A DNA stretch of 46,339 bases from Pseudonocardia sp. GTDB taxonomy: Bacteria; Actinomycetota; Actinomycetes; Mycobacteriales; Pseudonocardiaceae. Under the pieces are notes generated by a model. It made no database searches. It saw only the letters and a program-made list of their open reading frames with translations, and was not told where the DNA came from. Position 1 is the stretch's first letter. Each line of letters begins with the position of its first letter. This document shows, one piece after another, positions 28,814-38,151 of this stretch. The stretch covers positions 1 to 46,339 of the forward strand of contig JASLAP010000113.1 in assembly GCA_030147065.1 (NCBI GenBank). Direction: 5' to 3'. The translations under genes were made by a program, and so were the position numbers.

Positions 28814-30118
28814 TCACTGGCCCAGCACCTCGGTGATCTCCTCGTTGTGCCGGGGCACCGCGGCGCCGTCGCCGAGCACCGCCCCGCGCACCAGGCTCAG
28901 CCAGGGGCTGTTGGTGGCGTTGAACGCCTGCTGGAAGTTCCGCGCCACCGGCGTCTCGCCGCGGGCGGCCACCTCGTTGATCGTCACCAGCCGCGGGTCC
29001 TTGGCGGCGTAGGGGTTGTCGGCCAGGTCCGAGCGCGAGACCACGTCGTTGTTCTTGGCCAGCACCTCGACCTGGGCCTGCTCGGACACCAGCCAGCTCA
29101 GGAAGTTCCAGGCCTGCGCGGCCTGCTGGGAGTCCGCGGAGATGCCGATCCCGTCACCGCCGACGAAGGTCGACTCGCCGCCGCCGGGACCCGGGATCCC
29201 GGCCACCCCGACGTCGAAGTTCTCCTGGGTCGACGACAGCAGCGTCGCCGGGTAGGGCATCAGCCCGACCTTGCCCTCGGTGAAGCCGGCGGTCCAGGTC
29301 GGCCCGGCCTCGTCCTGCGAGGACGGCAGCACCGCGCCGGACTCCCACAGCTCGCGCCAGGTGCGGTAGACCTCCACGGCGGTCGGTTCGGCCAGCAGCG
29401 CCGTGCTGCCGTCCTCGCTGATCACCCGGTCGCCGGCGGCCCAGATCGACGGGAACCAGGTGAAGACCAGGCAGCCGCCGCAGTTCAGGCCGGTCGCGGT
29501 GCCGTAGGTGTCCGGCCGGCCCAGGGCCTGCACGGCCCGGGCCGCCGCGGCGAACTCCTCCAGGGTCGCCGGGGCCTTCTCCGGGTCCAGGCCGGCCTCC
29601 CGGAACAGGTCCTTGTTCCAGAACAGCATCGACAGGTCCAGCACGAACGGCAGCACGTGCGCCCGGCCGTCCAGGGTCCCCGCGGCCATGTGGCCGTCGT
29701 TCAGCTCGTCCTTGAACGCCAGGCCGTCGACGTTGGCCGTGATGTCCTGGAACAGGCCCTGCTCGGCCCAGTTCGGCACGTAGACGATGTCGGCGGCGAG
29801 CAGGTCCGGCAGGCCGCCGGCCCCGGCCGCGGCACCGACCTTGGCCACGTAGTCGTCGTTGGGCACCACGGTCAGCTCGACCTTGTTCTGGTGGCCGGCG
29901 TTGTACGCCTCGACCAGCAGCTTGGCCTGCTTCTCCAGCGGGGCGCGGGTCCACAGGGTCAGCGTGGCGCCGTCGTCCACGCCGTCCGGCCCGACCTCCG
30001 CCGCCGCCGGCGCGGCCGCGCCCGCGCCCCCGCCGCACGCGGCCAGGGCCAGCACCAGGGCTGCCGCCGCACCGATGACGGTGCGGCGGCGCGCCGGGCG
30101 GCCCGCGATGCTCCTCAT
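28814..30118 (-). CDS. Sugar ABC transporter substrate-binding lipoprotein
   Basis: Lipobox LAAC, LFWNKDLFREAGLD. Confidence 0.9.
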   Translation of the reverse strand: MRSIAGRPARRRTVIGAAAALVLALAACGGGAGAAAPAAAEVGPDGVDDGATLTLWTRAPLEKQAKLLVEAYNAGHQNKVELTVVPNDDYVAKVGAAAGAGGLPDLLAADIVYVPNWAEQGLFQDITANVDGLAFKDELNDGHMAAGTLDGRAHVLPFVLDLSMLFWNKDLFREAGLDPEKAPATLEEFAAAARAVQALGRPDTYGTATGLNCGGCLVFTWFPSIWAAGDRVISEDGSTALLAEPTAVEVYRTWRELWESGAVLPSSQDEAGPTWTAGFTEGKVGLMPYPATLLSSTQENFDVGVAGIPGPGGGESTFVGGDGIGISADSQQAAQAWNFLSWLVSEQAQVEVLAKNNDVVSRSDLADNPYAAKDPRLVTINEVAARGETPVARNFQQAFNATNSPWLSLVRGAVLGDGAAVPRHNEEITEVLGQ

Positions 30119-30268
30119 GTCGTCTCCTCGCCCTCGTCGTTGAGCGGCGCCGCGGCCCGCGGCCCCGGGACCCCCGTACGGAAAACCTTGTCGACAAGCG
30201 TGTCAGGCTGCTCCCGATCTCTCATGGGTATCAGCTGCTCAGAGCCCGAAAATCCGTGAATCGTGAGA

Positions 30269-30284
30269 CCGAAAAGCTTTTCGG
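30269..30284. promoter_or_regulatory. Perfect 16-bp palindrome CCGAAAAGCTTTTCGG, probable LacI operator (degenerate copy at 30179-30194)
   Basis: AT-rich palindrome between the divergent SBP and LacI genes. Confidence 0.75.
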
Positions 30285-30353
30285 GAAGGTAGCGACACGG
30301 AGGACGGTGGTCAAGGGGTGACGTTGTTAGGGTGCGACCGACAGGAGGTCCGC

Positions 30354-31385
30354 ATGACACGCACCGAGCCGGCGCACGGGGGGCGCCCGGTGACGCTCAC
30401 CGACGTCGCACGCCTGGCCGGGGTGTCGATCGGCACCGCGTCCAAGGCGCTCAACGGGCGCGACCAGGTGGCCCCGGCGACCCGGCAGCGGGTCATCGAC
30501 GCCGCCGACCGCCTCGCCTTCAGCCCCAACCCGCTGGCCCGCGGCCTGCTCGCCGGGCGGACCGGCACCGTCGGGCTGATCACCAGCGACCTGGACGGCC
30601 GGTTCGTCATCCCGATCCTGATGGGCGCCGAGGACGCCTTCGGCGCCGGGCAGGTCAACGTGTTCCTCTGCGACGCCCGCGGCGACACCATCCGCGAGCA
30701 GCACCACCTGCGCGCCCTGCTCAGCCGCCGGGTCGACGGGCTGATCGTGGTGGGCCAGCGCACCGACCCGCGCCCGTCGCTGGGCCACGACATCCCGGTG
30801 CCGGTGGTGTACGTCTACGCCCCCTCCGACGACCCGACCGACCTCTCGCTCACCCCGGACAACGTCGGTTCCGGGCGGATCGCCGTCGAGCACCTGGTCG
30901 CCGGGGGGCGCACCCGCATCGCGCACATCTCCGGCGACCCGGGCTTCGCCGCGGCCCGGGACCGGGCCGCCGGAGCCGGGGCGGCGCTGGCCGCGGCCGG
31001 GCTCGAGCCGGTCGGCGAGGTGCTCTACGCGGAGTGGTCGGAGCGCTGGGGCCGCGACGCCGCCGCGCTGCTGCTGCAGCGCCACCCCGACGTCGACGCC
31101 GTCCTCTGCGGGAACGACCAGATCGCCCGCGGCGTCCTGGACACCGCCCGCGACCTGGGGCGCGCGGTCCCCGAGGACATCGCGGTGCTCGGGTTCGACA
31201 ACTGGGAGGTGCTGACCCTCAACGCCCGCCCCGAGCTGACCAGCATCGACGCCAACCTGCAGCAGCTGGGGCGGACCGCGGCCCAGCGGGTGTTCGCCGC
31301 GCTGGACGGGGTGGACATCGGCAGCGGCACCCAGTACCTGCCCACCCGGCTGGTCATCCGGGGATCGACGGTTCCCCGCCGCTGA
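30354..31385 (+). CDS. LacI family regulator
   Basis: TLTDVARLAGVSIGTASKALN, GFDN; RBS AGGAGG. Confidence 0.93.
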   Translation: MTRTEPAHGGRPVTLTDVARLAGVSIGTASKALNGRDQVAPATRQRVIDAADRLAFSPNPLARGLLAGRTGTVGLITSDLDGRFVIPILMGAEDAFGAGQVNVFLCDARGDTIREQHHLRALLSRRVDGLIVVGQRTDPRPSLGHDIPVPVVYVYAPSDDPTDLSLTPDNVGSGRIAVEHLVAGGRTRIAHISGDPGFAAARDRAAGAGAALAAAGLEPVGEVLYAEWSERWGRDAAALLLQRHPDVDAVLCGNDQIARGVLDTARDLGRAVPEDIAVLGFDNWEVLTLNARPELTSIDANLQQLGRTAAQRVFAALDGVDIGSGTQYLPTRLVIRGSTVPRR

Positions 31386-31500
31386 GCGACCCCCCGCGGG
31401 GTGGGGGTGCGCGGCACGCGGGTGTTCTCGATCAGCTCGCGGCGTGCCAGGCTCCGGGAACCGCGCACAGCGGGGTGCGCGACCGAGCGAGGGGAGTCCC

Positions 31501-32910
31501 ATGGGCGACGAGCTGTGGCAGCGGGGAGCGGGGGAGCTGGCCGGGATGATCGCGGCCGGGGAGGTGTCCTCGACCGAGGTCGTCGAGGCGCACCTGCGGC
31601 GCATCGAGGCCGTCAACCCCGAACTGAACGCCGTGGTGGTGGTCCTGGCCGACGAGGCACTGGCCGCGGCGCGGGAGGCCGACCGGGTCCGGGCCGGGGG
31701 CGGGGCGCTCGGGCCGCTGCACGGCGTCCCGGTGACGATCAAGGAGAACATCGACGTCGCCGGCACGGCGACCACCAGCGGTGTGGTCGCGCTCGCCGAG
31801 GCGGTCGCCCCGGCGGACGCCCCGCTGGTCGAGCGGCTGCGGGCGGCGGGCGCGATCGTCGTCGGGCGCACCAACCTGCCCGACATGGGCCTGCGGATCT
31901 CCACCGACAGCAGCCTGCGCGGGCTGACCCGCAACCCCTGGCACCGCGACCGCACCGCCGGCGGGTCGTCGGGCGGGGAGGGCTCGGCCATCGCCTCGGG
32001 CATGTCCCCGCTCGGGGTCGGCAACGACATCGGCGGCTCGCTGCGCAACCCGGCGCACTGCTGCGGGATCAGCTCGATCAAGCCGACCTCCGGCCGGGTG
32101 CCGCACGCCACCGCCATCCCGCCGCAGGACGGGACGCTGTCGTTCCAGCTGATGGCGGTGGAGGGCCCGATGGCCCGCCGGGTCGACGACGTCCGGCTCG
32201 CCCTGGGGGTGATGAGCGGGCCCGACCCGCGCGACCCGGAGTCCCGGTCGGCCCCGCTGACCCACCCCGACTCCGGCGGACCGGTGCGGGTGGCGATGCT
32301 GCCCGAGCCGCCCGGCGGCAGCACCGACCCCGGGGTGGCGCGGGCGGTCCGGGAGGCCGGGGCGCACCTGGCCGCGGCCGGCTACCAGGTGGAGGAGGTC
32401 GCCCCGCCGGACTACGCCGGGGCGATCGGGCTCTGGCACGACTTCCTGTTCACCGAGCTGCACACCCTGCGCCCGGTGCTGGACGAGGTCATGGGCGAGG
32501 GCGGGCGCCGGTTCCTGGCCGTGGTGCTCGACTCGCAGCCCCGCCTGGACCTCGACGCCTACGTCGAGGTGTTCGTCCGGCGCCGGGCACTGGCCCGGGC
32601 GTGGGCGGAGTTCTTCACCACCCACCCGGTGCTGCTGTCGCCGATCTGGACGCAGCCGGCGTTCGAGCACGGCTGGGACGCCGCGACCGACGCGCAGTCG
32701 CTGGCGGCGATGGAGCTGCTGCGCCCGGTCATGCCGGCGAACCTGCTCGGGTTGCCCTCGGCGGCGACACCGGGCGCCGTGGTCGACGGCATGCCGGTCG
32801 GGGTGCAGTGCACGGCCGCCCCGTTCCGGGAGGACCGGGCGCTGGACGCGGCGGCGGCGATCCAGGCCGCGGTCGGCCTGCTGACCCCGGTCGACCCGTA
32901 CGTCAACTGA
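31501..32910 (+). CDS. Amidase signature family protein
   Basis: GVPVTIKE, GGSSGG, GNDIGGSLR. Confidence 0.92.
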   Translation: MGDELWQRGAGELAGMIAAGEVSSTEVVEAHLRRIEAVNPELNAVVVVLADEALAAAREADRVRAGGGALGPLHGVPVTIKENIDVAGTATTSGVVALAEAVAPADAPLVERLRAAGAIVVGRTNLPDMGLRISTDSSLRGLTRNPWHRDRTAGGSSGGEGSAIASGMSPLGVGNDIGGSLRNPAHCCGISSIKPTSGRVPHATAIPPQDGTLSFQLMAVEGPMARRVDDVRLALGVMSGPDPRDPESRSAPLTHPDSGGPVRVAMLPEPPGGSTDPGVARAVREAGAHLAAAGYQVEEVAPPDYAGAIGLWHDFLFTELHTLRPVLDEVMGEGGRRFLAVVLDSQPRLDLDAYVEVFVRRRALARAWAEFFTTHPVLLSPIWTQPAFEHGWDAATDAQSLAAMELLRPVMPANLLGLPSAATPGAVVDGMPVGVQCTAAPFREDRALDAAAAIQAAVGLLTPVDPYVN

Positions 32911-33056
32911 GCCGGGTCGGCCGGGCCGGGCTGTGATCCACCACCGGGATCGCCATGACCGGAACCGGAAACGGGTACCCGGCGTTTTCCGACACAACGG
33001 ACATCACGCCGGCCACCCGGCCGACCACCCAGCCGACGAGGAGCAGATCGACCCCG

Positions 33057-33140
33057 ATGGACGGATCCTGTAGTACCGGCGCGCCCCCCGACCGAGCCGA
33101 ACCCGCGAGTACCGGCACCGGGGCGGCGCGCCGGTGCTGA
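33057..33140 (+). other. Candidate 27-aa leader ORF plus a hairpin over the CNNM start codon
   Basis: MDGSCSTGAPPDRAEPASTGTGAARRC; its stop lies within the first codons of the next gene (GTGCTGA); stem 33072-33085/33125-33138. Confidence 0.35.
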
Positions 33141-34552
33141 TCACGATCCTGGAGATCCTGCTGGGAGTGCTGGTCGTGCTGGCCATCACCGCGCTGACCG
33201 GGTACTTCGTCGCCCAGGAGTTCGGCTACATGGCCGTGGACCGGTCCCGGCTCAAGGCCATGGCCGGGGCCGGTGACGACGGCGCCCGGCGCGCGCTGAC
33301 CATCACCGGGCGGACCTCGTTCATGCTCTCCGGCGCCCAGCTGGGGATCACCGTGACCGGTCTGGTGGTCGGCTACGTGGCCGAACCGATGATCGGCGAG
33401 GGCATCGGCGAGCTGCTCGGGGTGGCCGGCGTGCCCACCGGGGTCGGGGTGGCGGTCGGCACGGTGCTGGCCCTGCTGCTGGCCACCGTGGTGCAGATGG
33501 TGTTCGGCGAGCTGTTCCCGAAGAACCTGGCCATCGCCCGGCCCGAGCCGGTGGCCCGGCGGCTGGCCCTGTCCACCGCGCTCTACCTGAAGGTCTTCGG
33601 CTGGTTGATCCGGGTCTTCGACGCCGCCTCGAACGCGCTGCTGCGGGCCCTGCGGATCGAGCCGGTGCACGACGTCGAGCACGCGGCCACGCCGCGCGAC
33701 CTCGAGGCGATCATCGACGAGTCCCGGGAGAGCGGCGACCTGCCCGCCGAGCTGTCCACGCTGCTCGACCGGGTGCTGGACTTCGCCGACCGCACCGCCC
33801 GCGAGGCGATGATCCCGCGGCTGCGGGTGGCCACGGTGCCCGCCGACGAGCCGCTCGACCAGCTGGTGCGCCGGATGGCGCACGGCCACTCCCGCTACCC
33901 GGTGGTCGGCGGGTCGGTCGACGACGTGGTCGGGGTGATCTGCCTGCGCGACGTGCTGGCCCTGCCGCCCGCCGACCTCACCCGGCTGCGGGCCCGGGAC
34001 GTGGCCCGCGAGTCGCTGTTCGTGCCGGGCACCCTGGAGCTGTCCGACGTCCTGGAGCAGATGCGCGGGGCGGGCGAGGAGTTCGCCTGCGTCGTCGACG
34101 AGTACGGCGGCCTGGCCGGGATCGTCACCGTGGAGGACATCGCCGAGGAGCTGGTCGGCGAGATCACCGACGAGCACGACCCGGCCGGTGTCGAGGTCGA
34201 GCCGCAGACCCGCCCGGACGGCTGGACGGTCGCCGGTTCGATGCACATCGACGAGGTGCAGCGCTTGGTCGACAGCGACCTCCCGCACGGGGACTACAAC
34301 ACCATCGGCGGCCTGGTGGTCACCGAGCTCGGCCGGCTGCCCGACCCGGGCGACGAGGTGGTGCTGGCCCTGCCCGTGCCCTCGGACGCCGACGAGGGCG
34401 AGCCCGGCCGGACGCTGTCGGCGACCGTGCGCGCGGTCGACCGCCGGGTGCCCTCGCGGGTCGAGCTGCGCTGGCTCGACGACGCCGGACCGCCCGGCGC
34501 CCCGGCCGCCGCCGAGGCACCCGCCGGGGCGCACCGGGGGAGCGGATCATGA
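33134..34552 (+). CDS. CNNM/DUF21-CBS-CorC (hemolysin family) protein
   Basis: FVAQEF, AQLGIT, GELFPKN, VDEYGG, TIGGL. Confidence 0.9.
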   Translation: MLITILEILLGVLVVLAITALTGYFVAQEFGYMAVDRSRLKAMAGAGDDGARRALTITGRTSFMLSGAQLGITVTGLVVGYVAEPMIGEGIGELLGVAGVPTGVGVAVGTVLALLLATVVQMVFGELFPKNLAIARPEPVARRLALSTALYLKVFGWLIRVFDAASNALLRALRIEPVHDVEHAATPRDLEAIIDESRESGDLPAELSTLLDRVLDFADRTAREAMIPRLRVATVPADEPLDQLVRRMAHGHSRYPVVGGSVDDVVGVICLRDVLALPPADLTRLRARDVARESLFVPGTLELSDVLEQMRGAGEEFACVVDEYGGLAGIVTVEDIAEELVGEITDEHDPAGVEVEPQTRPDGWTVAGSMHIDEVQRLVDSDLPHGDYNTIGGLVVTELGRLPDPGDEVVLALPVPSDADEGEPGRTLSATVRAVDRRVPSRVELRWLDDAGPPGAPAAAEAPAGAHRGSGS

Positions 34553-35604
34553 CCGGGATGAGTCCGCTGGTCGCGCTGCTCATCGGCGTCGGCCTGATCG
34601 CGCTCAGCGCGTTCTTCGTCGCGGTGGAGTTCGCGCTGGTCGCCGCCCGCCGCTACCGCCTGGAGGAGGCCGCGGAGTCCAGCGCGTCGGCCCGCGCCGC
34701 GCTGCGCAGCGCGCGGGACCTGTCGCTGCTGCTGGCCGGGTCGCAGCTGGGCATCACGCTGTGCACCCTGGGCCTGGGCGCGGTGGCCAAGCCCGCCGTG
34801 CACGACGTGCTGGTGCCGGTGCTCGAGGCGTGGGGCCTGCCCGCCGCGACCAGCGACGTGATCGCCTTCGTGCTGGCTCTGGTGGTGGTCACGTTCCTGC
34901 ACCTGGTGGTGGGGGAGATGGCGCCCAAGTCCTGGGCGATCGCCCACCCGGAGCGGTCGGCGATCCTGCTGGCGCTGCCGATGCGGGCCTTCATGGCGGT
35001 GACCCGCCCGCTGCTGGTCGCGCTGAACGGCCTCGCCAACTGGTGCCTGCACCGGGTCGGGGTGGAGCCGGTCGACGAGGTCGCCGCCGGCCGGAACCCG
35101 GCCACCCTGCGCGAGCTGGTCGACCACTCCGCCGAGGCGGGCGCGCTCGACCGCGACCGCCGCGACCAGCTGATGGCCGCCATGGAGCTGGACACCGCCG
35201 AGCTGCGCACCCTGGTCCGGCCGCACGCCGAGGTCAGCGGCGTGAGCGTGGACGACACCGTGGAGCGGGTGCGGGAGGTGGCCCGGCAGAGCGGGCACCT
35301 GCGGCTGGTCGTCTGGGACGGCGAGGAGGCGGTGGGCGTGGTGCACGTCCGCGACACCCTCGACGTCGAGGACCCGGCGGCCGCGCTGACCGCGCTCATC
35401 CGCCCGGTGCTGACCCTGCCCGCCCGGGAGCCGGTGCACGCCGCGCTGACCACGCTGCGGCGCCGGCGCAGCCAGTTCGCGCTGGTCCGCGACGACGACG
35501 GGCTGGTGGGCCTGGTCACCATGCAGGACCTGCTGGACCGGTTGCTGCCGGCGGACCTGCAGATCCCCCGGGCGGCCCCGCGGACGGCGACCGCGGACGG
35601 GTGA
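34549..35604 (+). CDS. CNNM/DUF21-CBS protein lacking the CorC domain
   Basis: FVAVEFAL, SQLGIT, GEMAPKS; ATGA overlap. Confidence 0.9.
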   Translation: MTGMSPLVALLIGVGLIALSAFFVAVEFALVAARRYRLEEAAESSASARAALRSARDLSLLLAGSQLGITLCTLGLGAVAKPAVHDVLVPVLEAWGLPAATSDVIAFVLALVVVTFLHLVVGEMAPKSWAIAHPERSAILLALPMRAFMAVTRPLLVALNGLANWCLHRVGVEPVDEVAAGRNPATLRELVDHSAEAGALDRDRRDQLMAAMELDTAELRTLVRPHAEVSGVSVDDTVERVREVARQSGHLRLVVWDGEEAVGVVHVRDTLDVEDPAAALTALIRPVLTLPAREPVHAALTTLRRRRSQFALVRDDDGLVGLVTMQDLLDRLLPADLQIPRAAPRTATADG

Positions 35605-35691
35605 TCAGGGCCGGCCGCCCGTCGGCGCTCCCGGTCGGACCGGACCGGACGCGGCTGTCGGACCGGGCGACCCGGGGCGCAGAATCCGGAG

Positions 35692-36120
35692 ATGATCGAC
35701 GCGTCGTCCGCCGTCGCCGCGGCGGTGTCCTTCGCCTGGCTCGGCATGGTCCTGGCCATCTCGTTCCTGGAGGCGCCGCTGAAGTTCCGCGCCCCCGGGG
35801 TGAGCCTGCCGCTGGGCCTGGGCATCGGCCGGATCGTCTTCCGCGCGCTGAACCGGGTCGAGGTGGTGCTGCTGGCCGGGCTGGTCGTCGCGGTGGCGAC
35901 CGGGCCGCGGCCGGCGGCGCTCGTGGTGTTCGCCGGGGTGCTGGTACTGGTCCTGTCCGGGCAGCTCCTGGTGGTGCGGCCGCGGTTGAACCGCCGGTCG
36001 GACCGCGTGCTGGCCGGCGAGGACGTCCCGCGCTCCCGCGAGCACCTGGTCTACGTGGCGCTGGAGCTGGTCAAGGTCGGCGCTCTGGTCGGCGCCGGCG
36101 TCGTCGCGCTCGCCGGCTGA
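35692..36120 (+). CDS. Conserved small membrane protein
   Basis: Four hydrophobic segments; ISFLEAPLKFRAPGV. Confidence 0.75.
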   Translation: MIDASSAVAAAVSFAWLGMVLAISFLEAPLKFRAPGVSLPLGLGIGRIVFRALNRVEVVLLAGLVVAVATGPRPAALVVFAGVLVLVLSGQLLVVRPRLNRRSDRVLAGEDVPRSREHLVYVALELVKVGALVGAGVVALAG

Positions 36121-36222
36121 CCGGTCCGGGCGGGGGCGTCGGCCCCCGGGTAGTTGGGCGACGGCCGATGTGGGGGGTGGCCCCGATGGACAGCCGGCGG
36201 CCGGGCGACGACCCTGGGCGCG

Positions 36223-37275
36223 GTGTCGACCACCGCGCAGCCCGCCCGCCGGTCCGCCCGCCGGGCCGACGTGTGGGCCGAGCTGACCGGCCGCACCCCG
36301 GTGGCCGACGTGTTCTGGCGGGTGTTCCTGGTCAACGGGGCGGTGTTCGTGCTCGCCGCCGCGGTGCTGGTGCTGTCGCCGGCCACGGTCTCCACCCCGG
36401 TCTCGCTCACCGAGGTGGTCGTGCTGGCCGGGGGCCTGGTCGTGCTGCTGGCGGTCAACGCGCTGCTGCTGCGGGAGAGCCTGCGCCCGCTGGACGGGCT
36501 GACCGCGCTGATGGCCCGGGTGGACCCGCTGCGCCCCGGCGAGCGCCTCACCGTCGACGGCAACGGCGATCTGCGCGACGTCGTGCGCACTTTCAACGAG
36601 ATGCTCGACCGGCTCGAGGCCGAGCGCGGCGCGAGCACCGCGCGGGCGCTGGCCGCCCAGGAGGGCGAGCGGCAGCGGATCGCCCGCGAGCTGCACGACG
36701 AGATCGGCCAGAGCCTGACCGCGGTGCTGCTGGGGCTCAAGCGCGCCATCGACCGCGCTCCGCCCGAGCTGGGCGCGGAGCTGCGGGGGATCCAGGAGAT
36801 GCTGCGCGACGGGCTGGACGAGGTCCGCCAGGTCGCCCGGCGGCTGCGCCCCGGGGTGCTGGACGACCTCGGCCTGCACAGCGCCATGCAGGCCCTGGCC
36901 GGGGAGTTCCGCGGGACGGGCGGGCCGGAGCTGGTCGACCTGCTGGACGACCCGTTGCCGGGGCTGGGGGAGGACACCGAACTGGTGCTGTACCGGATCG
37001 CGCAGGAGAGCCTGACCAACGTCGTCCGGCACGCCGGGGCGACCCGCGCCGAGCTGTCGCTGAGCGCGGCCGGGGGCGGGGTCGTCCTGCGCGTCCGCGA
37101 CGACGGCTGCGGGATCGGCGACCGGCCCGAGGGATCGGGGATCCGCGGCATGCGCGAGCGGGCGCTGCTGATCGGCGCCGACCTGACCGTCGGCCCGGGC
37201 CCGGGCGCCGGCACCGAGGTCCGGCTGGTGGTCCCGCCCCCGGACGGGGACGGGGGTGGCCGCGGTGGCCGGTGA
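36223..37275 (+). CDS. HAMP + HisKA_3 sensor histidine kinase
   Basis: ERQRIARELHDEIGQ, QESLTNVVRHA, DDGCG, GSGIRGMRER; start uncertain. Confidence 0.9.
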   Translation: MSTTAQPARRSARRADVWAELTGRTPVADVFWRVFLVNGAVFVLAAAVLVLSPATVSTPVSLTEVVVLAGGLVVLLAVNALLLRESLRPLDGLTALMARVDPLRPGERLTVDGNGDLRDVVRTFNEMLDRLEAERGASTARALAAQEGERQRIARELHDEIGQSLTAVLLGLKRAIDRAPPELGAELRGIQEMLRDGLDEVRQVARRLRPGVLDDLGLHSAMQALAGEFRGTGGPELVDLLDDPLPGLGEDTELVLYRIAQESLTNVVRHAGATRAELSLSAAGGGVVLRVRDDGCGIGDRPEGSGIRGMRERALLIGADLTVGPGPGAGTEVRLVVPPPDGDGGGRGGR

Positions 37276-37918
37276 GGTGCGGATCCTGGTTGCCGACGAC
37301 CACGCGCTGGTCCGGCGGGGACTGCGGCTGATCCTCGACGGCGAGCCCGGCCTGGCGGTGGTGGCCGAGGTCGGGGACGGCGCGGCCGCGGTCGAGGCGT
37401 GCCGCGGCGGCGGCGTCGACCTGGCCGTGCTCGACATCGCGATGCCCCGGATGACCGGCCTGCAGGCCGCCCGGGAGATCGCCAGGGACGCCCCGGGCGT
37501 GCGCATGCTGATGCTGTCGATGTACGACAACGAGCAGTACTTCGTGGAGGCCCTCAAGGTCGGCGCCTCGGGCTACGTGCTCAAGTCCGTCGCCGACCGG
37601 GACCTGGTGGAGGCCTGCCGGGCCGCGGTGCGCGGCGACTCGTTCCGGTACCCGGGCACCGACGCCGTGCTGGTCCGCGACTACCTGGCCCGGCAGCGGC
37701 AGGGCGAGCGCATCCCGGACAGCATCCTCACCCCGCGCGAGGAGGAGGTGGTCAAGCTGATCGCCGAGGGCCACTCCACCCGCGAGGTCGCCGACACGCT
37801 GGTGATCAGCGTGAAGACCGTCGACCGGCACCGGGCGAACGCGCTGCACAAGCTGGGCATGCGCGACCGGCTCGACCTGACCCGGTTCGCCATCCGGTCG
37901 GGGCTGGTCGAACCCTGA
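37256..37918 (+). CDS. NarL/LuxR response regulator
   Basis: VADDH, LDIAMP, GYVLK, LTPRE...KTVDRHR. Confidence 0.93.
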   Translation: MAAVAGEVRILVADDHALVRRGLRLILDGEPGLAVVAEVGDGAAAVEACRGGGVDLAVLDIAMPRMTGLQAAREIARDAPGVRMLMLSMYDNEQYFVEALKVGASGYVLKSVADRDLVEACRAAVRGDSFRYPGTDAVLVRDYLARQRQGERIPDSILTPREEEVVKLIAEGHSTREVADTLVISVKTVDRHRANALHKLGMRDRLDLTRFAIRSGLVEP

Positions 37919-38151
37919 CCCGACCGGGCGGGTACCGGGCCGGATATGAGGGCTGGCCCTGATGGTGGACCGGGCCGGGGACGGCCAGGCTGACGTCGGC
38001 GGCGGTCGACTGCCCGCCGCCGGCCGGGTCGGTCCCCTCCCCCGGTCGGCGGTCGCCCCCCGGGGGGCGTTCCGGTGGCGGCCGGCCGCTACCGTCGCCG
38101 TGGTCGTCAGCGGTGCCGGCCGCCGATGGAGGTCGCTCCGCAGGAGGTCTG

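Noticed and set aside
36168..36187. Weak inverted repeat before the histidine kinase as a response-regulator site
   Set aside because: Only about 5 of 7 bases pair in G/C-run sequence, and I found no second copy.
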